Shown in pieces: positions 37,764 to 49,517 of a DNA stretch of 64,000 bases (the stretch's first letter is position 1; every line of letters begins with the position of its first letter). The notes beneath the pieces are model-generated. The model saw nothing but the letters and a program-made list of their open reading frames with translations, had not been told where the DNA came from and ran no database searches. Position numbers and translations under genes: made by a program. The stretch is from assembly GCA_037443035.1 (NCBI GenBank), contig JBBIPC010000004.1, forward strand, positions 154,914 to 218,913, in the 5' to 3' direction. Origin of the DNA: Chthonomonadales bacterium (GTDB lineage Bacteria; Armatimonadota; Chthonomonadetes; Chthonomonadales; CAJBBX01).

Positions 37764-39135
37764 ACCTCCACCTAATCGCGACACATGGGACTGCATCGTC
37801 GTCGGCGGAGGTGTGGCAGGGATTGCCGCCGCCGTCCAGATGGCGGACGCTGGGGCGAGTGTTCTCCTCGTAGAGAAGCGCCCGTTCCTGGGAGGTCGCG
37901 CGTCTTCATTCCGTGACCAACGAACCGGTCTGGTTGTAGATGGTTGTCAGCATATCACGCTGGGCTGCTGCACTGCTCTGGACGCCCTTCTGCAGCGGCT
38001 TGGATGTGCCGACCACCTACTGTATCGCGACCAAATCCTCTTCAGCCTCCCGGACGCTTCCTACGCGACGATCCAGGCGTCGTCGTTGCCCGCTCCATAC
38101 CACCTTCTTCCCGCGTTTCTGAGACTGCCTCATCTCCGCCTACGTGACAAACTCTCCGCAGTACGTCTTCTTCGGTCGGCCATGCAATGGGCTTCGGTTC
38201 GCGAAGAAGCTGAGGGTCGGGAGGCTGAGCGCGCGTTCTCCGACGTGCTTGCAGAAGTGCGCCTTACCCCTGCGGCAACGCGACAGCTGATCGAACCGAT
38301 TGTCGTCTCCGCGTGTAACGCACAACTCGACGAGACGGCAGCGTCGTACGGCCTCATGGTGCTCTACGAAACCCTGTGCGCCAGCCGGACTGGCTACCGA
38401 CTTGGCTTGCCCCGTGTCCCGTTAGCCGATCTGTACACAGGTCCCACGATGGCGTACCTCTCCGCCCGCGATTCCCGCGTCCTGCTCCGAACTACTGTGA
38501 CCGCCGTTCGTCCCATGGCGGAGCACGCTCTCGAAGTATCCCTCTCCACTGGCGAACGACACGTCAGTCACATGGCTGTCGTCGCTGTGCCCTACGATGT
38601 CCTGGAGCGCCTTTTTCCTGTAGGAGTACTGACCCCAGCCCAACAACGTGCAGCAGCGTCGCTCCGTCATTCGCCGATCGTCGGTGTTCATCTGTGGTTC
38701 GACGAGACCATTGACTGCCCCGAGGCTATGTGCCTGCTCGACTCGCGGACCCACTGGCTTTTCCACAAGGGCCGCATGGTGGAAGTGGCCGAACGCCGCG
38801 GGACGTATCTCTCCACCGTGACAAGTGCTGATCATGAGCTTGCGTCCTTGGACCCGGAGACCGTCTTACAGCGGACGTTGGCCGACATCACGCGGCGTCT
38901 ACCTGCCCTTCGCCGCGCTACACTTCGGCACTGGCGTGTTGTGAAGGAACACAGAGCCACGTTCGTCCCCGAGCCAGGCGTGGATGACCTCCGTCCGTCC
39001 CAGCGCTCGCTCGTGCCACACCTGACCGTTGCTGGTGACTGGACAGCAACGGGCTGGCCAGCTACGATGGAGGGTGCCGCGCGGAGCGGCATTCTAGCGG
39101 CTCGCGCCCTCCTAGGAGATCTCGCACGTCCCTGA
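37756..39135 (+). CDS. hpnE: Hydroxysqualene dehydroxylase (FAD-dependent)
   Basis: The dinucleotide fold DCIVVGGGVAGIAAAVQMADAGASVLLVEKRPFLGGRA, and amine-oxidase family length. ATG 37756 overlaps the hpnD stop by 8 nt. Confidence 0.75.
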   Translation: MYEPPPNRDTWDCIVVGGGVAGIAAAVQMADAGASVLLVEKRPFLGGRASSFRDQRTGLVVDGCQHITLGCCTALDALLQRLGCADHLLYRDQILFSLPDASYATIQASSLPAPYHLLPAFLRLPHLRLRDKLSAVRLLRSAMQWASVREEAEGREAERAFSDVLAEVRLTPAATRQLIEPIVVSACNAQLDETAASYGLMVLYETLCASRTGYRLGLPRVPLADLYTGPTMAYLSARDSRVLLRTTVTAVRPMAEHALEVSLSTGERHVSHMAVVAVPYDVLERLFPVGVLTPAQQRAAASLRHSPIVGVHLWFDETIDCPEAMCLLDSRTHWLFHKGRMVEVAERRGTYLSTVTSADHELASLDPETVLQRTLADITRRLPALRRATLRHWRVVKEHRATFVPEPGVDDLRPSQRSLVPHLTVAGDWTATGWPATMEGAARSGILAARALLGDLARP

Positions 39136-39144
39136 AAGACGACC

Positions 39145-39160
39145 TTCTGCCATGGCAGAA
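39145..39160. repeat. 16-bp perfect palindrome TTCTGCCATGGCAGAA between hpnE and the clpB promoter
   Basis: Read directly. It starts 10 nt after the hpnE stop and lies about 50 nt upstream of the putative clpB -35. It could be a weak hairpin terminator or a dimeric-regulator operator. Confidence 0.4.
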
Positions 39161-39207
39161 ATGGTTTCAGTCTTCCCGGTGAAACTCGACGGCCTCCCGA
39201 CGCGTAA

Positions 39208-39237
39208 TGGACTGCAGGAATATGATAATGGTATACT
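39208..39237 (+). promoter_or_regulatory. Promoter candidate for clpB in a local AT-rich patch
   Basis: TGGACT-N18-TATACT (an alternative -10 is GATAAT at 39224-39229). This is the only markedly AT-rich stretch in the neighbourhood. Confidence 0.4.
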
Positions 39238-39294
39238 CAAGCCATCTTAGCATGATTATCTCAGGCTGATTGACTGCATCACTTGGAGGCAATC

Positions 39295-41997
39295 ATGGAT
39301 ACCAGCCGGTTGACGGAGAAGTCGCAAGAAGCTCTCAACCAAGCCCAGTCCATCGCGGCGCGTATCGGCCACGTCGAAATCGATGCCGAGCATCTCTTGG
39401 TTGCACTGCTCGCCCAGACAGACGGTCTCGTGGCGAGGCTCTTGGAGCGTCTGGGGGTTCGGGTGGCGGATCTGCACGCCGTGGCCATGGACGATCTCCA
39501 GAAGCGACCGCGGATGGGCGGTCCTGGGGCGGAGCTTGGGAAGGTCTACGTCTCCCAGCGCTTGGGCCGGGCGTACACGCGAGCCGAGGAAGAAGCCCGT
39601 CGGCTCAAGGACGAGTACATCAGCGTCGAACACCTCTTCCTGGGGCTGCTGGAGGAGGGCATCCTAGGAAAGGCCGGCGACATGCTCCGGCAGACCAAGG
39701 TCACGCGGGAGGCATTCCTCGAGGCTCTGGCGGCGGTTCGTGGCAATCAGCGCGTGACCAGCCCGACGCCCGAACAGACGTACGAAGCACTCGAGAAATA
39801 CGGGCGAGATCTCGTGGACGAAGCCCGGAAAGGGAAGCTCGACCCCGTCATCGGCCGCGATGCCGAAATCCGGAGAGTGATCCGCATTCTTCTCCGCAAG
39901 ACCAAGAACAATCCCGTGCTCATCGGCGAGCCTGGCGTAGGCAAGACTGCCATCGTGGAAGGCTTGGCACAACGCATCGTCCGAGGGGACGTGCCCGAAG
40001 GTCTCAGGGATAAGTCGCTCTTCGCCCTCGATCTCGGTGCACTCATTGCCGGGGCCAAGTACCGTGGCGAGTTCGAGGAGCGTCTGAAGGCAGTACTCAA
40101 CGAGATCCGCCAGAGCGACGGCCGGATCCTGCTCTTCATTGACGAGCTTCACACCATCGTCGGAGCGGGGAAATCTGAAGGCGCCATGGATGCGGGCAAC
40201 ATGCTCAAGCCCATGCTGGCGCGCGGCGAGCTCCATTGCATCGGAGCTACGACTCTGGACGAGTACAGAAAGCACCTCGAGAAAGACGCGGCACTCGAGC
40301 GACGTTTCCAGCCGGTCATGGTGGAACCGCCTTCTGTTGAGGACACGATTTCCATCCTGCGGGGACTCCGAGAGCGGTTCGAAGTCCATCACAACGTTCG
40401 CATTCAAGACAACGCCTTGGTTGCCGCGGCAACGCTTTCCAACAGGTACATCTCGGACCGGTTCCTGCCCGACAAAGCCATCGACCTTGTGGATGAGGCC
40501 TGCGCCATGATCCGCTCGGAGATCGACTCGATGCCTGCAGAGCTGGACGAGATCACTCGCAAGGTAATGCAGATGGAGATCGAAGAACAGGCGCTCAAGA
40601 AGGAGAAGGACAGTGCCAGCAAGGAGCGTCTAGAGGCTCTCCGCAAGGAGCTAGCCGATCTGCGTGAACGGGCCAACGCCATGCGCGCTCAGTGGGAAGA
40701 GGAGAAGGCCGCCCTCAAGAATGTCCAGGCGCTTCGCGAGGAGATCGAGCAGGTGCGCCGTGATCTCGAGCGTGCGGAGAGGGAGTATGACCTCGACAAA
40801 GCAGCGGAGCTTCGGTACGGGCGCCTACCTGATCTGGAACGACGGATGCGGGAGGCGGAGGCCATGCTGCAATCCTCGCCTGATGGAACACGACTTCTTC
40901 GGGAAGAGGTAACCGAGGAGGAGATCGCGGAAATCGTCTCACGCTGGACAGGCATTCCCGTGACACGGCTCGTCGAAGGCGAGCGGGAGAAGCTTCTGCG
41001 ATTGGACGAGGTTCTCCACCGACGCGTCATTGGCCAGGATGAGGCCGTCGCTCTGGTGGCGGATGCGGTGATCCGGGCCCGTGCCGGTATCAAGGATCCG
41101 CGGCGACCAATCGGTTCGTTCATCTTTCTCGGCCCGACCGGCGTGGGGAAGACGGAACTGGCGCGGGCGCTGGCAGAGGCACTCTTCGACTCCGAAGAAC
41201 ACATGGTCCGCATTGACATGTCGGAGTACATGGAGAAGCACACCGTCAGCCGGCTGATAGGTGCTCCACCCGGCTACGTGGGCTATGAAGAGGGCGGTCA
41301 GCTTACAGAGGCGGTGCGTCGCCATCCGTACGCAGTAATCCTGTTCGACGAGTTCGAGAAGGCACACAATGATGTCTCCAACGTTCTGCTCCAGCTTCTG
41401 GATGACGGAAGGCTTACCGACGCACAAGGACGCACGGTGGATTTCAAGAACACCATCATTATCATGACGAGTAATATCGGCTCCCAGTACCTTACCGGTG
41501 CGACCCTGAAGGGTGGCGAGATCCGAGAAGATACGCGGCGGATGGTCATGGACGAGCTGCGGGCACACTGCCGCCCGGAGTTCTTGAACCGCGTGGACGA
41601 GGTTGTCCTCTTCAAGCCGCTGACGCTGCAGGAGATCGAGCAGATTGTCGGCCTGCAGATTGTCCAGTTGCAGCAGCGACTGAAGGATCGCAACATCCGC
41701 GTAACAGTGACGCCCGCTGCCACCGAGTTGCTCGCGAAGCAGGGCTACGATCCTGTGTACGGAGCACGCCCCTTGAAGCGTCTCATCCAACGTACGCTCG
41801 AGACACGCATCGGGCGGGCCCTGCTGGCTGGCGACGTGCCGGATCATGCCACGGTCATCGTGGATGCGCAAGGAAGCGAAATCGCCATCCGTACGGAGGC
41901 GCCGGAGACGAAGCCCGAGAGCCAGACGGATTGGACGGTCGAGAGCGAGTCGCCGGAAGTCCCCGCGGATGACGATACTCTCGAGGTGTCGTTCTGA
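39295..41997 (+). CDS. clpB: ATP-dependent chaperone/disaggregase ClpB
   Basis: N-domain, two AAA+ modules ([15 protein letters not shown]; [15 protein letters not shown]) and a long middle coiled coil between them. ATG 39295 has GGAGG 6 nt upstream; the track start is TTG 39283. Confidence 0.95.
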   Translation: MDTSRLTEKSQEALNQAQSIAARIGHVEIDAEHLLVALLAQTDGLVARLLERLGVRVADLHAVAMDDLQKRPRMGGPGAELGKVYVSQRLGRAYTRAEEEARRLKDEYISVEHLFLGLLEEGILGKAGDMLRQTKVTREAFLEALAAVRGNQRVTSPTPEQTYEALEKYGRDLVDEARKGKLDPVIGRDAEIRRVIRILLRKTKNNPVLIGEPGVGKTAIVEGLAQRIVRGDVPEGLRDKSLFALDLGALIAGAKYRGEFEERLKAVLNEIRQSDGRILLFIDELHTIVGAGKSEGAMDAGNMLKPMLARGELHCIGATTLDEYRKHLEKDAALERRFQPVMVEPPSVEDTISILRGLRERFEVHHNVRIQDNALVAAATLSNRYISDRFLPDKAIDLVDEACAMIRSEIDSMPAELDEITRKVMQMEIEEQALKKEKDSASKERLEALRKELADLRERANAMRAQWEEEKAALKNVQALREEIEQVRRDLERAEREYDLDKAAELRYGRLPDLERRMREAEAMLQSSPDGTRLLREEVTEEEIAEIVSRWTGIPVTRLVEGEREKLLRLDEVLHRRVIGQDEAVALVADAVIRARAGIKDPRRPIGSFIFLGPTGVGKTELARALAEALFDSEEHMVRIDMSEYMEKHTVSRLIGAPPGYVGYEEGGQLTEAVRRHPYAVILFDEFEKAHNDVSNVLLQLLDDGRLTDAQGRTVDFKNTIIIMTSNIGSQYLTGATLKGGEIREDTRRMVMDELRAHCRPEFLNRVDEVVLFKPLTLQEIEQIVGLQIVQLQQRLKDRNIRVTVTPAATELLAKQGYDPVYGARPLKRLIQRTLETRIGRALLAGDVPDHATVIVDAQGSEIAIRTEAPETKPESQTDWTVESESPEVPADDDTLEVSF

Positions 41998-42004
41998 TCG
42001 CATG

Positions 42005-42028
42005 CGGAGCTAGCGCAAGCCAGCTCCG
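42005..42028 (+). other. Hairpin between clpB and the first hsp20 gene
   Basis: CGGAGCT-N10-AGCTCCG (7-bp stem) with no U-tract. It may be an attenuator or processing structure and is unlikely to be a full terminator. Confidence 0.3.
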
Positions 42029-42054
42029 TGACTATCGAGACTAGAGAAAGGAGA

Positions 42055-42519
42055 ATGCTCACGATGTTGATGCCATCACCATGGCGTGAGTTGGAGGCGC
42101 TGCGCCGCGACCTCGAACGGGCGCTTCACTCCGAGTTCGGTCGCCCAAGTGTACCGTTTCGAGTGGCTTTCTTGCCCGGGCGGTCCGCACGAGCTTACCC
42201 GCTGACCAACGTGAGCGAGGATAGCGAGAACGTGTACGTCGAGGCCCTCGCTCCCGGTCTCAATCCAGAGAAGCTGGAGCTCACTGTGCTCGGCAACACA
42301 CTGACGATATCCGGCGAGAAGCCCGCCCCAGAAGGCGTGAGCCGGGATGCGTTCCACCGTAACGAACGCTCCGCCGGCAGGTTCATGCGAACAATAGACC
42401 TTCCCGCCGAAGTGAACAGCGACAAGGTGGCGGCCAGGTACGCCAACGGCTTGCTGAGAATCACGCTCGCCAGGGCCGACGCCGCCCGCCCGCGGCAAGT
42501 GCAGATTACCGTAGAATGA
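42055..42519 (+). CDS. Hsp20/alpha-crystallin family small heat-shock protein
   Basis: Alpha-crystallin core (YPLTNVSEDSENVYVEALAPGLNPEKLELTV...GLLRITLAR). ATG 42055 is preceded by AAAGGAGA. Confidence 0.85.
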   Translation: MLTMLMPSPWRELEALRRDLERALHSEFGRPSVPFRVAFLPGRSARAYPLTNVSEDSENVYVEALAPGLNPEKLELTVLGNTLTISGEKPAPEGVSRDAFHRNERSAGRFMRTIDLPAEVNSDKVAARYANGLLRITLARADAARPRQVQITVE

Positions 42520-42533
42520 GAGGAGGTCCGATC

Positions 42534-42935
42534 ATGGCCGAAAAGACAGTGGAAACACCCGTCGAGACCCAGGTGTCGAATGTCGCATCGGAATCCACGC
42601 GAGCGAACGAGCAGTTCGTGGCACCGCCGGTGGATATCTACGAAACGGAAGACGGTCTTGTGCTACTCGCGGACCTGCCCGGTGTCACCGCTGACAAGCT
42701 GAACATCAGCGTCAAGGACGACATTCTGACCATCGAAGCGAGAACAGAGCACTCCGCGAGTGGAACGCCGGTGTATTGCGAGTTCGAACTGCCAAGTTTC
42801 TTCCGCCAGTTCCAGCTCTCCGAGCAGATTGACGCAACACGCATCAGCGCATCGCTCAAGCATGGAGTGCTGACGCTTCAGCTACCGAAGGCTGAAGCTG
42901 CGAAACCGAAGACAATCAAAGTCGAGATCGCCTGA
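42534..42935 (+). CDS. Hsp20/alpha-crystallin family small heat-shock protein, second copy
   Basis: VDIYETEDGLVLLADLPGVTADKLNISV...HGVLTLQLPK. ATG 42534 is preceded by GAGGAGG. Confidence 0.85.
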   Translation: MAEKTVETPVETQVSNVASESTRANEQFVAPPVDIYETEDGLVLLADLPGVTADKLNISVKDDILTIEARTEHSASGTPVYCEFELPSFFRQFQLSEQIDATRISASLKHGVLTLQLPKAEAAKPKTIKVEIA

Positions 42936-42937
42936 CG

Positions 42938-43978
<1,041 letters not shown>

Positions 43979-44032
43979 CTAGGTCCCTATTATTGCTCAC
44001 GGCTCCGCGCCCAGGCCATGGCGGAGCATGCC

Positions 44033-45638
<1,606 letters not shown>

Positions 45639-45677
45639 GCATGCCAGCACTAGGTTGGCTCTTGGAGGTTCTGAGGT

Positions 45678-46694
45678 ATGGCAATAGTCTCGACTCATGA
45701 CCTTACGAAGATATACGGCAACAAGGTCATTGCCGTCAACGGCGTGAACCTCCACGTCGAGGAAGGCTCGATCTTCGGGCTTCTGGGGCCAAACGGCGCT
45801 GGCAAGACAACGTTGCTGAAGCTGCTTCTGGGTCTTCAGCTCCCTACAGCCGGCTATGCAGAAGTCTTCGGTCAGCGTGTCGGTCCGAACGCCGCTCACA
45901 TCCGCCAGCGCATCGGCTACTTGCCGACGAACCCGCGCTTTCCACCCAACCTCACACCGATCGCCTACTTGGACCTCATAGGACAGCTCTTCGGCATGCC
46001 CGCTGAACAACGAAAACCTCGTCTAGCAGCGCTCATCCGGGCTGTGGACCTATTGCCGGCAGCAGCCAGGCCGATTCGCAGCTTTTCCACCGGGATGACC
46101 ACACGGCTCGGTATCGCAGCTTCTTTGATGAACGATCCTGAGCTGCTGATCTGGGATGAGCCCACGGCAGGCCTGGACCCGGCCGGTCGCAAGTACACCC
46201 TCGACTTCATTCAGGAGCTGGGACGCACCAAGACAGTCATCGTTTCTTCCCACATCCTCTCTGACATAGACCGTGTGTGCACTCATGCGGGTGTCCTCCA
46301 GGACGGCCAGATCATCTACTGCGGCACGGTGCGCGACCTGAAGCAGACTATAGGACGCAATCACGTGGAGCTGGAGGTGGATGGCCCGGATGAGGCTGTT
46401 GGGGCAATGTGCAAGGAGATCGCGGCTATGCCGGATGTCATCGGTCATCAGTTGCGGGGCTACTGGCTGCAGGTTCGTTTCCGGCCGGAGGTGCCGCTGG
46501 CGGAACCGCTCAGAGAAGTGCTGGACGCTGCGACGCGACACCATGTGGAAGTGCTGTCCGTGAGTTCGACCAAAGCGCAGACCGAGGATGCATTCATCCG
46601 ATTGCTCGAGGAGGATCAGGCAGATGGCTTCACAAGAGCGTATACCTCCAATGCGACGCTCGCTTCAGGCGTCCCTGGCGATTCTGAAGGCTGA
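45678..46694 (+). CDS. ABC transporter ATP-binding protein (ABC-2/NatA-like, with C-terminal accessory domain)
   Basis: Walker A GPNGAGKTT, signature FSTGMTTRL (degenerate LSGG), Walker B LLIWDEPTAGLD, and about 100 aa of C-terminal extension. Confidence 0.88.
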   Translation: MAIVSTHDLTKIYGNKVIAVNGVNLHVEEGSIFGLLGPNGAGKTTLLKLLLGLQLPTAGYAEVFGQRVGPNAAHIRQRIGYLPTNPRFPPNLTPIAYLDLIGQLFGMPAEQRKPRLAALIRAVDLLPAAARPIRSFSTGMTTRLGIAASLMNDPELLIWDEPTAGLDPAGRKYTLDFIQELGRTKTVIVSSHILSDIDRVCTHAGVLQDGQIIYCGTVRDLKQTIGRNHVELEVDGPDEAVGAMCKEIAAMPDVIGHQLRGYWLQVRFRPEVPLAEPLREVLDAATRHHVEVLSVSSTKAQTEDAFIRLLEEDQADGFTRAYTSNATLASGVPGDSEG

Positions 46695-48015
46695 CGTAGC
46701 CTCGCTGTCCCGATCCTGGGTCTTGCGCGGCTGGTTGGCTGCGCTCCTACTCGCGGAGTTTTTCCTCATCGCCACGACGATCGTGGGCTTGCGAAGCATC
46801 CGCGTGCCCGCTAGCAACATCATTGCCACCAATCTAGGAGGGTTCTTGCTCATCTGGAGCACACTGATCATCGTAATCAGCGCAGGCTCCGTCTCCCTGG
46901 AAGCAGACATCATCTCTGACAGCATTTTGAGCCGTGCTTGTACCCGTACGCAGTTCATTGTCGCCAAACTCCTCGGCCGGAGCGTTGTCATCCTGGGCAT
47001 CTATCTGGTCGCTGCGTCCATCGTTGCCTACGCCGCTTACCGGTACGCCGCTGCGGATGTCACGCCGGCGACGATGGCGGTCGCCATCTCCGTAGTCGGT
47101 TTGGCCTTACTGCTTCTCGTATCCCTGGGAGTGTTGTTCAGCGTCGTGTTCAACAACACCATCGTGTCGGTGGTGGCCCTGCTTCTCCTGTGGTATGTCG
47201 CCTCTCCGATCTTCGTTTTCGCCGGTGCGGAGTACCTCTCCCCCGCGAGCCTCGTTCGCAACCTGCCGGCCGTGCTGAAAGACCCACAGTCGCCACAAGT
47301 GCTCCACTGTTCTGCGACGAAGACGAGCTTGACGGTGGTGTTCTCGGAAGATGTCGACCAGGAAGCCGCGGAGAATCCTGCGAACTACGAGATCGAATGC
47401 CCACCTGGCAACGATCAAGTGGCACAGACTGCAGCGTACGATCGGACGAGAGCAGCCGTCACGCTCTCCGGCTTGACATTGGGCGGTGGCCAGACCGTTC
47501 GCGTCCGTGTACGAAACGTCTCAGATCGCGGAGGCACGATGATCAGCGAGGCGGCTGACAGTGCCGAATGCGAAGTGCCAGACCCGTTAGCTACCGGGCA
47601 TTCCGCCGAGAAGCCGAAGAAGAGTGACGCGGCACCCCCTCGCCTGCTCCGAATCAGCGCCGCACCATCGAGCATTCGTGCGTTCTTCTCCGAGTCCCTG
47701 GACCAGGTTACGGCCGAGGATCCTGCGAACTACCGTATCGAGAACCCCATCGGCAGTCCCCAGGCACCTCGAGCAGCGAGTTATGAACCGTCACGACGCT
47801 CCGTGCTTCTTAGCGGCCTCCGACTCGATCTCCATGTGCCTATGAAGCTGACGGTTACGAACGTACGTGACGAAGCGGGCAATGCGATTCGGGCTCCAGC
47901 CAACTCGATCGTCCAAACGGAAGTCACGCCCTGGCGCTACGCTCTCGGCTTCGGCGTCCCTGCCCTAGTCGCGGCCGCACTCGCCGTTCTGTGGTTCAAC
48001 AGGCGGGATCTGTAG
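46624..48015 (+). CDS. ABC-2-like permease with two tandem Ig-like repeats in its last external loop
   Basis: Five N-terminal TM segments, two repeats of about 95 aa (..ENPANYEIE.. and ..EDPANYRIE..), then a final TM (ALGFGVPALVAAALAVLWF). ATG 46624 has GAGGAGG 10 nt upstream; ATG 46651 is the alternative start. Confidence 0.7.
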   Translation: MASQERIPPMRRSLQASLAILKADVASLSRSWVLRGWLAALLLAEFFLIATTIVGLRSIRVPASNIIATNLGGFLLIWSTLIIVISAGSVSLEADIISDSILSRACTRTQFIVAKLLGRSVVILGIYLVAASIVAYAAYRYAAADVTPATMAVAISVVGLALLLLVSLGVLFSVVFNNTIVSVVALLLLWYVASPIFVFAGAEYLSPASLVRNLPAVLKDPQSPQVLHCSATKTSLTVVFSEDVDQEAAENPANYEIECPPGNDQVAQTAAYDRTRAAVTLSGLTLGGGQTVRVRVRNVSDRGGTMISEAADSAECEVPDPLATGHSAEKPKKSDAAPPRLLRISAAPSSIRAFFSESLDQVTAEDPANYRIENPIGSPQAPRAASYEPSRRSVLLSGLRLDLHVPMKLTVTNVRDEAGNAIRAPANSIVQTEVTPWRYALGFGVPALVAAALAVLWFNRRDL

Positions 48016-48155
48016 CCCAGATCCGCCGGCCCGGAGTTCGCCAACCCCGCTTCACCGCGCGGAACCGTTGCAGTCACGAGTCAAGTCCACCGCGGTCGTA
48101 TCGCTATGATCCGGCGACGAGGGTTAGCTTAGCTCAGCTCCTGTCCCGGAGGCAT

Positions 48156-49457
48156 TCATTCGCGGTACCGATCGAGTTCCCGTTGCACGCGGATACGCAC
48201 GTCTCGTAAGGCTTGTTCGGGGGTCTTGACACCTGCCAGGACTAGATCCCGCGCAGTCATCAACTCGTTGTTATACAGGCCGGAGATGGGCAGCGCAGGG
48301 AAATGGCCACCACGCTCACTATCGGCGATGTCCAGAAAGACCGAGAATTTCCGGCGATAGTCAGCGCCTTCACGTAGTCTGCGTGCACCCAGTAGCCGTC
48401 GCTGGTTGGGAACATTGTTCATCGCATCGGCGAACATGAGCTGTGCCTCGTCACTTTGCATCCACACGAGTACCTCCCACGCCTCCTTGGGGTGTTTGGC
48501 GCCCTTGGGGATACAGATCATGTTCCCGCCGAGCCACGTCGCCGGCGGCGAAGTGTCGCCAGCTCGCAGGGGAGGCAGCGGGGCGACACCGTAGCGCAGG
48601 TCTGGCGCATACCGGCTGCACCAATACGGGTTCCACTCGCCATTGATCATCATGGCAACCTGACCGACGAAGAACGGGTTGTTCGTGCCCTGCGCCTGAC
48701 CGAAACCCGCCGCGAACCCGTTCACCTGCTGGTATCCTCCCATCCGTTCGACGAGCTTCTTGTACCACTTCATGGCTGCCACGTTACGCGGATCATCGGG
48801 TGTCACTCGGCCTGTCTTCGCGTCGTAGAGGTTTCCTCCGAACGCCTGGTTGATGACGTACATGTCACTGAGCGGCTGGAGCCCCAGACGCGTGATGTTG
48901 CCGTCGCGCGTCTTCGTCAAACGCACTGCGTAATCGGCCATCTCATCGAGTGATCGAGGCGGACGCTCGGGGTCGAGACCTGCTTCCTCGAAAGCAGCCT
49001 TGTTCCACATGAGCGCATAGCAGTCCACAAGGTACGGCATGGCGTAAAGGTGCCCCCCCATCCTGCACTGGCTCAAGGAGGCGTGCGTAAAGTCCTCTTC
49101 CTTGAGACCAGAATCCCGAAACCAGTCGTCCATGGCGTACAGGGCGTTGTTCGCCGCCAGCGGGCCCAAGTAGAGGGGATCGGCGAGGGTGAAGAGGTCC
49201 GGCGGCACTCCGGCTACGATGGCCCGGACTGTCTTCGTGTCATCCCGAATGGCGCCCAGGTTCTCGATAACCACTCCAGGGTGCGTCTCTTCGTAGCGGC
49301 GCAGAACCTCGAGGAAATTCCGCTCCTCCGGCCCCGACCACATACTCCAGAACGACAGCCGAACCCGCACGTTCGACTCTCTGGGTCGGGCACAGCCAGC
49401 GGCGGCCAAGACGAGACTCACCGCCCATACCGCTGCCAGGGGTCGCCGGATACTCAT
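48156..49457 (-). CDS. ABC transporter solute-binding lipoprotein (family 1, sugar-type)
   Basis: Lipoprotein signal LVLAAAGC, with family-1 SBP length and pattern (..FWSMWSG..., NGEWNPYW). There is no cognate permease or ATPase on the same strand. Confidence 0.8.
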   Translation of the reverse strand: MSIRRPLAAVWAVSLVLAAAGCARPRESNVRVRLSFWSMWSGPEERNFLEVLRRYEETHPGVVIENLGAIRDDTKTVRAIVAGVPPDLFTLADPLYLGPLAANNALYAMDDWFRDSGLKEEDFTHASLSQCRMGGHLYAMPYLVDCYALMWNKAAFEEAGLDPERPPRSLDEMADYAVRLTKTRDGNITRLGLQPLSDMYVINQAFGGNLYDAKTGRVTPDDPRNVAAMKWYKKLVERMGGYQQVNGFAAGFGQAQGTNNPFFVGQVAMMINGEWNPYWCSRYAPDLRYGVAPLPPLRAGDTSPPATWLGGNMICIPKGAKHPKEAWEVLVWMQSDEAQLMFADAMNNVPNQRRLLGARRLREGADYRRKFSVFLDIADSERGGHFPALPISGLYNNELMTARDLVLAGVKTPEQALRDVRIRVQRELDRYRE

Positions 49458-49517
49458 GGCTGAAGTGTTTCGCGGGGATGCGACCGAATTCCTTCGGAGC
49501 TAGGTCACACAACGAGC

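Noticed and set aside
39233-39275. Possible HAIR (ACTCAAG) and CIRCE (TTAGCA) half-sites upstream of clpB.
   Set aside because: The complementary half-sites at the required spacing (N7 / N9) are absent. Only 3 of 7 and about 4 of 9 positions match.
40939-42003. A 354-aa minus-strand ORF antisense to clpB. Similar antisense ORFs occur at 527-1591, 51521-52495 and 62114-63130.
   Set aside because: These lie opposite highly conserved genes, have no ribosome-binding sites and show stop-codon-poor frames, as expected from GC3 bias.
48121-48160. A tRNA-like string, GGGTTAGCTTAGCTCAGCTCC, resembling an acceptor stem plus D-loop.
   Set aside because: I could not build an anticodon arm, T-arm (GTTCRANYC) or a matching 3' acceptor strand. 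The segment runs into the 3' end of the SBP gene.
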